Below are positions 25,880 through 37,266 of a DNA stretch of 64,000 bases, piece by piece. The translations under genes were made by a program, and so were the position numbers. Within the stretch, counting starts at the first letter, position 1, and each line of letters begins with the position of its first letter. Below the pieces are notes generated by a model, which was given only the letters and a program-made list of their open reading frames with translations, was not told the origin of the DNA and ran no database searches. Source of the stretch: Psammoneis japonica (taxonomy: Eukaryota); contig QPGO01000204.1 of NCBI GenBank assembly GCA_008632985.1, positions 62,001-126,000 on the forward strand, given 5' to 3'.

Positions 25880-27092
25880 TCCTCGATAGGAGAAGGAGAG
25901 TCCTTCCCTCGAATGATGAGAAAGTTCATGACGAACGCAGACGGCAGCTGCTGCTTCGCTTTCTTTGCATCGTGGCCCTTTTGACCGTTGTTTTCCTGCG
26001 CCAACCGCCCCCGGTGGTGACAATTAACAATAATGGCGGACCGCTTTCGACTGCTCTCTCGTTCAAGACTGCGAAGAATCCTCACTCTGGGGTTATCGTT
26101 TTGAACATTTTGGGTCGTTTGGCTAACAATCTGTTTGAGATTAGCATGGCCAATCGACTTTCTGCACAACTTGGCTGGCCATTTCTCTACCGTCCGTGTT
26201 GGGAGGCAGCCTTTCCCGATGAAGAACCCATCCTTCGATGCTTTCAAAAGGCAATGCTACCCAACAGCCCAAAAACCTGGGAAGCGCTTCCACCGTCGTT
26301 ACGAGAAGACAACATCTTTCAAAATCTCACCTCCAAGTCCCTGTGGGAAAGCTCATGATCGTGGTACAAACCGGCAATACGATGCTTGGAAAGAGGAGCT
26401 CGAAAACAAAACCAACCTCTCGCTGACGCTCAATCATCGTCTGTTTGATTTCAATCCTTCAGAAGACTTTACGAGCAATCTCGTGCAGACACTCACCGCT
26501 CCCGAGTCGACGGTCCGCATTTTGCACCTGAAAGCCTTTTTCATTCATTACGATTGGATGAAGGATTGGCTTCCCCAAATTCGAGAATGGACCGAGATTA
26601 GCAACGACTGCTGCCAGAGCATTCCCACTCCCGAGACTGTAGTCATTCATTGGAGGGACTTTCCCCAAGGCGATGCCAAGCGCGTCACGGACGGGATGAC
26701 TTACGTACAAATCTATCTCGACATTCTCCGTCATTATTCGTACATTGGACGACCAATCTGGATTGTTTGCCAACCCCACAGTGCCGAAACCGAGGCCGTG
26801 CAGAGTCTAGTACGAGCGACGGGAGCCAAGGTCATGCCCGGAGCGGACGATATCGATGCCATGTGCATCCTTTACAAGCCCAAACGCTCCTCTTGACGAC
26901 GAGCAGCACCTATTCCCAATTTCCGGCGCTCGTGGGAAGGCCACGACGGTGCACTATCCACTAACCCAACTGATGAAACCACGCGTGACGTTAAAGGTCC
27001 CCACGTGGCACTACCATCTCGTGAATCAAACCTACAACGGCATTGAACAATTTGACGTTCCCCACGAGCAAATCAGCGTTTGGTATGACTAG
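25880..27092 (+). pseudogene. Glycosyltransferase family 11-like (alpha-1,2-fucosyltransferase) with two frameshifts (~26350, ~26878); start uncertain
   Basis: Type-II TM anchor, GRLANNLFE (cf. GRLGNQMFQ), VVIHWRD (cf. VHxRRGD), and D.DAM.IL....LLLTTSSTYS (cf. STFSWW) spread over three ORFs. Confidence 0.65.
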
Positions 27093-27700
27093 GTGGTCTG
27101 TAGTTGTGTAGTAGCCCAGAATTCTTGCACATTAGAGATACTGTACTTTTAACTATTACTGCTACCATCAAAGAATGGATTCCTCACGACTTAAATGATG
27201 GAAAGACATATCAGCCGCTTTGTAATCGAATAAGCGTTGCAAGATACACACGTCGTGTACTTTTAATGAGTCTTTTATTGTTTAAACGACAAGGCATTCC
27301 TTCTCACACGTGTGCTGTTTTTTTTATTGTTTTGGATGGTACAGAGGCAGCGTTGAAGCAATTTCAAGAAGAAGCTAAGTGCGAGCTTGATTGTGCGTTT
27401 AAAGTGCTTCGAGGAATCCCAGGACCTCTTCGTGGAAAGATTTATGGCGGCGCGGAACAATTTCCAGATTGCCCTTGGTCTCGTCGAAATCATGATATAG
27501 GACGCTAGAGCTATGAACGATATGAGTAGAAAATCTTGTAACATGCCTTTTCTAATTTATTGATGAATGCCAAAGCTAGTAGTGTTTCGTCTGACAATCA
27601 ACCTGAGCAACCAAATGACACCCACAAAACTTACAATCTCCAGGAGTTTCACCATTCGAGCACTGCACCGTGAATCGCATTTGTCGAAGCCGCGGCTCAA

Positions 27701-28546
27701 TTACTGGTGGTACACAGGAAGGTGGGAGGATCGGTGTACAATCATCTTGCTAAAACGCCCATGCATGGCTGCCGCCGTCAAAGTGGCTAAGAAGAGTGGC
27801 GAAACATAAATCATAAAACCGGCATCCGCGTTACTCATCTCGTTAAAAGGACCCATCTCGACAGAGAGAAACGTCCAAAATGTCGCATACATGCTCCAAA
27901 AGGGAAAGCGAAAGAAAACGAGAAATCCAATGAACATCACCCCCCACAAAGCTTGAGCCCCATGCCATGCAATCCGAAGAATGGACATTTCACGGACGAG
28001 CGCGCCAACTTGTACGTATGAAAAGACCAAAGTTGCAACGGCGCAAATGGCAGTGGTGCTGATTGGCCAGCCTGCGAGGTTCATCAACCACATGACGTCG
28101 TTCACAAGAAGGTGGGAGGATCGGTTTAAAATCGTCCTGGGAAACCGGTGTACAATCATCTTGCTAAAACATCCACGCAGAGTCACCACTGTTAGAGTGG
28201 CTAAGAATGGTGGTGAAACATAAATCGCATAACCGGCATTGACGTTACTCGTCCCGTCAAAAAGACCCATCTTGACATGCAGCAACGTCCAAAATGTCGC
28301 ACACATGCTCCAAAAGGGAAAGCGAGAGAGGACGAGAAATCCGAAGAACATCACGTCCGACAAAGCTTGAGCCCCATGCCTTGCAATTCGAAGAATGGAC
28401 ATTTCACGGACGAGCGCGCCAACTTTTACGTATGCAAAGACCAAAGTTGCAACGGCACAAACGGTCGTGGTGTTGATTGGCCAGCCTGCCAGGTACACCC
28501 ACCACAAGACAGCCAAAAAAACGTACTGCTGAAGTAATCCCATCAT
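27701..28546 (-). CDS. Membrane protein built from an internal tandem duplication (~2 x 120 aa)
   Basis: Open ORF. LAGWPI.TT..CAVATLVF.YV.VGALVREMSILRIA.HGAQAL occurs twice; DNA 27715-28085 resembles 28108-28495. Confidence 0.6.
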   Translation of the reverse strand: MMGLLQQYVFLAVLWWVYLAGWPINTTTVCAVATLVFAYVKVGALVREMSILRIARHGAQALSDVMFFGFLVLSRFPFWSMCATFWTLLHVKMGLFDGTSNVNAGYAIYVSPPFLATLTVVTLRGCFSKMIVHRFPRTILNRSSHLLVNDVMWLMNLAGWPISTTAICAVATLVFSYVQVGALVREMSILRIAWHGAQALWGVMFIGFLVFFRFPFWSMYATFWTFLSVEMGPFNEMSNADAGFMIYVSPLFLATLTAAAMHGRFSKMIVHRSSHLPVYHQ

Positions 28547-30060
28547 TGTTGTTGAAGCTTTCGTTTGTCGATTCAGCAATAAACGAACTTTTTCAGACCC
28601 AAGTCCAAAAGTGATCGTTGTGATTTCAATGGCGATTCATCGATCGGAAAAGTGATCAGCTCAGTTTCAAACAGAGTTCGCAGATGACGCAATGAGTCCT
28701 GTGATGATGACGCACTCAGTCGTGATCCATGATCAAATGAATCGTGACTCCTCCTCTACCCAGCTGTGTGGTCTTTTTTTGGCGAGGAAACAAAAACTCA
28801 AGAGAACAGTCGAGCAGACCATGGGTACTAATAAAAAATCACAGAAACAGACGAAAAAGAGCTCGATGAGAAACTGGCGCTTGCGACGCCCATTCGAGAA
28901 ATTCTAGAGAAACTGGAGGTAGCATGTGCAACAAACACAAACCCGGACAACACATTTCAATACGCCTGTTGCCTCAGCAAGTCGGATAAGAAATCGGAAC
29001 TTCGTTACGCTGTCACAATCCTGGACGGCTTGGTCAAGGATGGATACGAATATCAGTATGACTGCATGTACGGTAGTGCTGTTGCATTGTAATCTTTTGA
29101 AAGAATACGACGATGCTCGAGTAAGTTTGTGATTTGTCAGTTTGAGTTGGGACTGAGGACTGAGTGTAGCATCTCTCATCATGTTGTCTCTTTTCCTCTA
29201 TCTAGTCAAGATGCGAAGCAATCCTAAGAACAATACCTGCGAGTCGACTAGCATTTGAGCTACATTTAGCCTGCGTAGCCGGAGCAGAACAATAGGAGGC
29301 AGATCAGGTTAAGAAAGTGGCCGTGGGAGGAACGGTTGCAGTTGCTGCGGTTGGAGTAGTTGCCGGTGTCGCTTCCATGATGTCAAAAAAGTAGAGAATA
29401 TTGATACATTGTTTTTGCTGCCATTCCAAGTGGTTTTGTTCAAAATGTTCTTTAGCGACATGAGTCACGGCTGCTTGCTCTTTAGACGGGAGTGGAACGC
29501 AGACTAACCTAAGAAAAGCTTGTTTCATTTAATGTGCTCCATCTCTTTATTTGTAGCTGTTGCTTTTGTTCTAGTCGGACGGATTGCAAAAAAAAAAAAG
29601 AGGGCCATCTTAGATTTCCTGAAGTGAGAAGGGGTCTATTGGCCTGAAAGCAACAGTAGCCTCTCAAGTGGTTTACAGTGAACGGTACGCATGAAATTGA
29701 TGCCAGGTTCTTTCTTAAACTTACTGATACCTACAAAAATCCTCGTGTGAAGGACTCTTTACACGTTGACTCTCTAGCTTTGAAATTGTCGTTTAGAATA
29801 TAGTGATGAGCTTGGAAGGTACAGCAAGTGTATTGTTGCTCTGTCCCAGCGCAATGACACAGTTGATCTTTTTGTATGAATGCTTTGTCTCATTCGATGT
29901 TCTTTTGAAATAACAAGATTGCTGGAAACGATTCTGTTGCAACGATAGGATACGCTGGAGTGAAGACATGCAGAGCACAATACGCTGCAGTTCTGGCTGG
30001 GTGCCGGTCGCCGTGGTCCAGGTCAGAAAGGTTCTCCAGCACATCTTCGACCTCTTCGTG

Positions 30061-33000
30061 CACTCGCCCCCCACCGAGCAGATTCCACAAGCGCTGTAGC
30101 GGATGAACGACACGTTCATTGATCTCAAAAAGCCTGCCGCCGACGAACGAGGCTCGGTGACGCTCATTGCGGTGGCTTCTGTGAAATCCGTGGTCCTCAT
30201 TCATTCTAAGTTCTCTCGAATCAACGGCTTTTCAAGCTAGCTTGACTTGACCATACAAACAGGAAGAAACTATAAACGTATTCATAACTCTCCAACAATC
30301 CTACTCGTCGGGGAGCTCATCCACGCCATCGTCAACAGGAGCTCCAGCTAATCCAGTTCGCAAACCGAACCTCACCCCTTCACCATATTCGGTAACGTTT
30401 TCAACAAACTTCTTTTTTCTCAAATCTTCCTTTTCTTGTGCCTTCTTCTTTGCAAATGCCGCAATTGAGTCCGTGATTCTCTTATCATTAAAGACGCGGT
30501 ACTTCATCATCCACGGCATGAGAGCAACGACAAAAAGCTGCCTCCAACAAGAGCCAGCCTCAGTGCAAAGTTCTTCCCGTGTTTGAGCTTCATCATGTAC
30601 ATGGTGCCCAAACGATCGATATACGGATGCCGGTGAGCATCATGCCATAACAAGTCTTTCTCGAAATTGAAAGGCACGTAATCGAAACCGTACCCCACCA
30701 GGTTTACCTCTTCATCAAGAAACCTAGCGTCGATCCTGCCAACCCAAAACGCCGCTGCTAGAATGAATTGCGTGAATCGCCCAATCAAGACACCACCACC
30801 CAAGCCTATAGGTGAGGATTGCTTAGTCAATCGTAATACCAGATTCACGATGAGCGGTCGGTCGTACCAATGTGCCAGCATTTCAGAGCAAGGAGAGTCA
30901 CGTTTGCTGCACAGGGTCGAGTCCGACAGTAAGCCGCATAGAATTTCTTTCGACAAACCATTGTCATTGCCATTTTAAGTACAATTGTAATCGTTAGACC
31001 AACCCCCCACGCAACCAATAGAATCATAAAGTCCCGCGTGAACTCCCAAGCGAATAGAAAGACTACCAGCCCTACCAAGGCAAAGAAGATTACACTGCTT
31101 CCAATCATTGCATACACCGCATCTAGTCTCACAAAGAGAAAAAGAGAGAAAAGTTAGAGAGGGTCAACAGAGAGCACGCACTCCGAAACACGATCAAGAG
31201 GTACTCACTACCAATGTTCAGATAAACAGTATCTGCATTCTTCCGGTAGGTGTTGAAAAGTCTCGACGTCAATGACGGTTTTACTCCGCTACGGTACTGC
31301 AAAGTTGTTCCCGTTGCACTAGATTTCATAAACGAGGCAGAGAAGTGAAAAGAAACATGAGTATGTCATAATGACGCAGATGACAGCTATCAATTCAACA
31401 CGAGCAACTTATTACCTTGGCAGATAAATGAGCATGATGCACACCATCACAGCAATCAGAACAGCCGTTGCCGGGTAGAATGCGGCATAGACGACTTCCC
31501 GCGTTGGCACTATTTCGTACACCCAATCTGGCAAATCCTCATACTCTTCCAGGGACTTAGTGGCATCTTCTGCAGCGTTAGCGACTGCCTCGGTAAAAGT
31601 AAATGAGGCGTAGGTTAAGGCAATCGCCAGAATGATTTGCGCTGCTTGAATGATGTAGATACGTGAATTGATCCATACACCTTCAGTGTCGAAAAGTTCG
31701 GCGCTTAGGATTCGTTTCCATGTCCAAATCAGACCACCACAATTCTCGAACCTCTCGCCCCGAAGAACAAAATTCAACATGGTCTCATCTGTCGCTGAGC
31801 CACCCTTAAGATTGGTAATGATACTTTGTGATGGATTCCTTTCGCCGATCACAGGATGCAAAGCGTGCGCATTCTTCATCATTGCGCTTAGTTTTCGAGT
31901 GCACTCCATCTTGGTGCGGCGACAACCACGCAAATTCGAACTTGCAAAGAAACCCTTGAAAGTGTCACTTTTACTCTTACGAATTCGCCGTTTTCCAACC
32001 ATGGACTTTATGAATTGAATAACGAGCGCGAATAGGACGGCATTTCCAAGAGCAAAAGTCAGATTCTGGTAATTATCGTAGTTGCGATCATTCACCGTTG
32101 ACTCGGCATTGTTATACGGTTGTTCAGAGTTGTTTCGGTAGTAGATCACTGTCACGTACGGCACAAATGTGAAGACTGCTCCACAGAAGAAAGCAAACAA
32201 CACTACCTTGGGACTTGCAATAACCGGGGTGTTACCAAAACTCAGAGGAATCATGATGATGAGTCCTGAGATAGTTAGACAGCAAGCAATATAGATCCAG
32301 GAAACGACAGTTTGGCCCAGTTTGCAGCCGAATGCATCGCCACAATCTGCGCGTATTCCCTCAATCTGTTGATAAAGGGTGGTGTATATAAGAGCTGTGC
32401 AAACAAAAAAGGCCCAAATAAGGGCAGCCATGGCGGCAGAACCATGGCAATCGACAGCAAAGTCAATACTTGGCATCATCATTGGATACTTGGCTATGTA
32501 GCGATCCTCTTCTTCGGGATCAATATCACCTTTCTCGGCAGCTGAAGCATCTTTTGTCAGATTTGCAGAGGTGGCGGCCTCTTTCTCCACAAGTTGCTCA
32601 GCCTCCACCATTTCCTTCTCTTGAAAACTGTCGATTTTCCAGACATCAAAGTGTGGCGTTGTGAGCTTGTCTTCAATTCCGACCTCCCATTCGGCCAAGT
32701 CGGACTTGAGCGCCGGTACGAATGCCTCTTCATCCATAAGAGCTCCCTCGCCACCAGCAGCATCGACCATTTCTGCAATTAATTTTGTATCACGCGCTCG
32801 TTCGTGCTCGCCCCCGGCTTCGAGGAGCCTTACCACAAAATCAGCAGAAACGGTGGGTGGAGCACCTGTGCTCTCACCATGATTCGGCTCCTCTGTACCC
32901 GGCTGCTCGTTGAGTGCCCGAAGCATTATGGCCAAGACATCCTGGATGATACCCTCAGGTTTTGGCCTCAGAGACTCTTGTTCCTCTTTCTTTCGCTCAG

Positions 33001-33192
33001 CCTTTAATACCATGCGCTCAGCTTCACGCTTTCTGTACATGGCGATAGGATTCTCTCTACCGGTACAGATAGAGGACGAGGAAGAGAGTTCTTCTCTCTC
33101 TATACTCTCTCTCTCTCTCTCTTTCTACTCTCTCTAGTAGTAGAGAGTACTGTAGAGACTCTCTAGCTAGAGAGTCGACTTACCTACCTCTT
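30061..33192 (-). pseudogene. Segmental duplicate of 18978-22077 (3' two-thirds of the STRA6-like gene), cut by a transposon at 33193
   Basis: Near-identical over ~3 kb. 1-bp deletion near 30569, altered splice acceptor near 31122-31132, simple-sequence inserts at 33050-33185. Confidence 0.92.
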
Positions 33193-34889
33193 CACTGCAC
33201 GCGAGAGGTGGGAAATCCGACAATGGCCAAAATGCCGTTCGTTCTCTCGAAAACTGAGGCACGTTCCCACCCCGATAATTTCGGCCGTAAAATAAATATA
33301 ATTTCGTTCTACACAAAATTCCTGTAGAAACTCTCGTACAAGAAAAATCGCACGTCTGTTTTCCATCCGCCAATTTACAGCCGAAATTATCAGCAAATTA
33401 CGACGACCGTTTTACCCAGAGAACAATTTACTGGATTTCAATTTTTTTAATGGATTGATTGCCTGGATGAGGCATTTTGGGTAATATAATAACCGAATTA
33501 CTCCGAAATACCAGAAAACGACCTTTTTTACAGGATTTTTCCTGGATGCCTTGCATCGTCCGTTTTTCCGTTCTGCATGCATACGTGGGGCACAGCTTTT
33601 CTCTCACTTTTTCTATTGTTTTGTGGTCGCTCATAGGTCTACCCGGCACCCATTGCAACGACGGCATGAACACCGCTATGGACTAATGTGACTATGGAAA
33701 AAAATGATACTTGCAGTGGATTTGTTGCTACTCCTCACCTCTTGGGTGTTTCGCGACTTTTGCTCCCAGAGAGGACACTGACAGGACTGCCGCGTCTGAC
33801 ACAGCAGCATTCACAATCAAGCTCGGCTTCGGACTGCAAAGGCAAGAACAACAAAATTTGCTAATGACAGTGTCGAAAATGTGATGGTAATGTTTGTTTG
33901 TTGTGCACATCTCATGTTTTGGGCGTTTGATGATTTTTGAGTGTGGCAGAGTTTGCTCCTCACTGTTTCTCCGGTCTCGTCGTCGCTCACAGGTCCACTC
34001 AGCACCCATTGCAGCAAAAGTGCCAAGGTCATTGCGGACCAAATGGTTGTTAAAAAATGCATCTCAAGCCGGGGATGTGGAACAATCTAGAAATGTCAAC
34101 GGTTGCAACCTTTGGTCGTGCCTTCAGCACTGGGGAGCAGCTTCTTGTTTTCTTGTCAAGCTGGCGGAAGTGCGATGAGATGCTGACAATTCTTTTGTCC
34201 AGTGCAATTGTTTGGCACCATTGAACATAGAACTCACAATGACAATCTCAAACAGGTGCTTTAGAGCTTGTCAAAGTTAGAAGTGGTGCAAGTCATCCGT
34301 CTGTTTTCGCCGCAAGTGGCGCGAATGTTTGGGCTCTGCTCAGGACACCTGTGAGTGCTGCTTTCCATGCCAAAACATGTGAAGTTGGCATTGGCACATT
34401 TTCTGGGGTTGCACTCGGTGACGCTCATGGTTGAGATGCCGCATTGAGATGAGCAGAACTTTCAACATTTTTTTGTTCATGCCGTCGCACCCGACCTCAC
34501 TGAGGACAGACGGCCTGGATCGCGCGAAAGGGGCGCCCAGGGTGGAATTTCTTTTGGCTCCGAAAATTCCACTGTGCCTTCTACCTGAGTGGAATAAACA
34601 GTGGATGTACGGCAGATCTTTTTAGAAGATGCCAACACCGCATTGACAGTTCTGCGTACGACAGCTCCACTTTTCAGCAGAAAAATGCCACTTGGGTAGA
34701 ATTTTGGGTGTGACGGTGTGGCACAGAGACATGCCCCTCGGATGAGCGTCAACTGTCATCAATTCATTGCGCACCTGCCATGCACGACTCACCATGATGG
34801 CACACAGCAGCTGCAGCCCTCATTCTCAATCTCTTTCCTTGCTGGGTTTGATGCAAACAATGACAGAATGACACAGCGCTGGCAACCTC

Positions 34890-36900
34890 AAAGGCTTGAT
34901 TGCAGTTTCAGTGTGTTTCTTGGCTCAGCAGCCAGTTGTGGTGGCAGAGCAACCTCTGGTTGGTTGTGCATCAGAGAAACCTGGCGCAACAAGAAAGTGG
35001 TGTGAGCCAGCAGAAAAAGTCACTTCTGCCAAAGTGCTTGCACCCTCAGCTTCTGAGCTTGCTTTCCATGCACCAAGGAACAGTCTCTCAAAGGGTTGAG
35101 CACAGTTTGAGTGGTTTGTTTGACTGCATTTGTGGTGGCAGAGCAAAATCAGGGCACCCAACAGAGATGCCTGGTGTGGCAAAATGTCAGCCAACAGAAA
35201 AAGTCTCTCGTGCCAAATTGTTTGCAGTCTCAGCTTCTGAGCACACAGCTCATGTCCCAAGAAGCAGCATCAAAGGCTTGGTTGCAGTTTGGGTGTGTTT
35301 CTTGGCTGCAGTTTTGGCAGCAGAGCAGCCTCTGGGTGTGCACAGAAACCTGGTGGCAAAGTGTGAGCCAGCAGAAAAAGTCACTTCTGCCAAAGTGTTT
35401 GCACTCTCAGCTTCTGAGCTCACTTTCCATTTCTCAAGGAACAGTCTCAAAAGGTTGAGCACAGTTTGGGTGGTTGGTTTGACTGCAGTTGTGTGGTGGG
35501 AGAGCAAAATCAGGGCAGCCAACAGAGAGACCTGGTGGCAAAGTGTCAGCCAGCAGAAAAAGTTGCTTCTGCCAAAGTGTTTGTACTTGCAGCTTCTGAG
35601 CTCACTTTCCATGTCTCAAAAAACAGCCTCAAAAGGTTGAGCACAGATTGGGTGGTTTGTTTGACTGCAGTTGTGGTGGGAGAGCAAAATGTGGGCAGCC
35701 AACAGAGAAACCTGGTGGCAAAGTGTGAGCCAACAGAAAAAGTCTCTTCTGCCAAATGGCTGGCAGCCTCAGCTTCTGAGCACACAGCTCATGTCCCAAA
35801 AAGTGGCCTCAATGGCTTGGTTGCATTGGTGTGTTTCTTGGCTGCAAATGTGGTGGCAGAGCAACCTCTGGTTGTGCACCACATAGAAACCTGGCAGCTG
35901 GAAAGTGCAAGCCAGCAGAGAAAGTTGCTTCTGCCAAAGTGTTTGCAACATCAGCTTCTGAGCTCAATTCCCATGTCTGAAGGAACAGCCCAAAAGGGTT
36001 GAGCACATTTTTTGTGGTTTGTTTGGCTTCAGTTGTGGTGGCAGAGCAAAATCAGGGCAGTCAACAGTGAGACCTGGTGGCAAAGTGTGAGCCAGCAGAA
36101 AACAGAAAGAGTCTCTTCTGCAAATTGGTTTGCAGCTTCAGTTGCTGAGCACACACTTCACATCCCAAGAAGCAGCCTCAAAGGCTTGATTGCAGTTTGG
36201 GTGTGATTGCGGCAAAGTGTGAGCCAACAGAAAAAGTCTCTTCTGCAAATTGGTTTGCACTCTCAGCTTCTGAGCTCACTTTCCATGTCTCAAAGAACAG
36301 CCTCAAAAGGTTGAGCACAGGTTGGGTGGTTTGTTTGACTGCAGTTGTGGTGCAAGAGCAAAATCAGGGCAGCCAACAGAGAGACCTTGTGGCAAAGCAT
36401 CAGCCAACAGAAAAAGACTCTTCTGCCAAATGGTTTGCAGTCTCAGCTTCTGAGCACACATTTCACATCCCAAGGATCAACCTCAGTGGCTTGATTGCAG
36501 TTTGGGTGTGTTTCTTGGCTGCAGTTTTGGCAGCAGAGCAGCCTCTGGGTGTGCACACAGAAAAATGGTGGCAAAGTGTGAGCCAGCAGAAAATGTCACT
36601 TCTGCTGAAGTGTTTGCATTCTCAGAAGCTGTGCTTGCTTTCTGCACAGCTTGGTTGTTGGGTTGGTTTTGGTCAGAACTGTGGTGGCAGAGCAGCCCAT
36701 GTGTGCACAGAAGCACTTGGTGGCCAGTCAGCCACACAGCTGAAAAAGGTGCTTCTGACAAGTTGTCCACTCTCCAAGCTTCTGAGCACACTGTGCACAC
36801 CCCCCAAGGCGCACAAAATTCAAAGTGTTGATGAGCAGCCACAGTTTGGTTTGGTTGTGTGGCCACACTTGGGCATGCTTGAGTGTTGAGCACTGAGCAC
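34890..36900. repeat. Tandem array of ~180-bp units (~11 copies, two subtypes)
   Basis: Anchor GGCAAAGTGT(G/C)AGCCA(G/A)CAGAAAA at ~34998, 35178, 35355, 35537, 35717, 35900, 36079, 36211, 36391, 36570; degenerate at ~36722. Confidence 0.92.
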
Positions 36901-37219
36901 TGACTGCTTCAACCACAAACCGCCACAACCAACCTGCCCAGCTTGTGTCAAATGCAGCAATTCAAAACTGGTTGTGATTTGTCATGTGAAATGGCTCCAC
37001 AGCTCCACCCATCAGTTTGCACTGGCATTTTCATTAGATTGCTGGGAGGCAAGTGACTGCAGACTGCCCATGCCTCTAATCAGAGAGGTTGGCTTTCAAG
37101 TGCACTCCTTCTAAAGTGTGGTGCATTGTGCATCATCTCAGTGGTTTGATGTGGCTGTGTTGCAGGCTGAAAAACAACCATGGCAACAACATCAATGACA
37201 GCAGCAGGAGCAGCAGTGG

Positions 37220-37266
37220 CAACAACAACAACAACAAGAACAACAAGAACAACAACAACAAAACAA
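37220..37266. repeat. Imperfect (AAC)n microsatellite
   Basis: Direct reading. Confidence 0.9.

Noticed and set aside
34890..36900. CRISPR-like regular repeats
   Set aside because: Whole ~180-bp units are homologous with no unique spacers, no cas genes, eukaryotic context.
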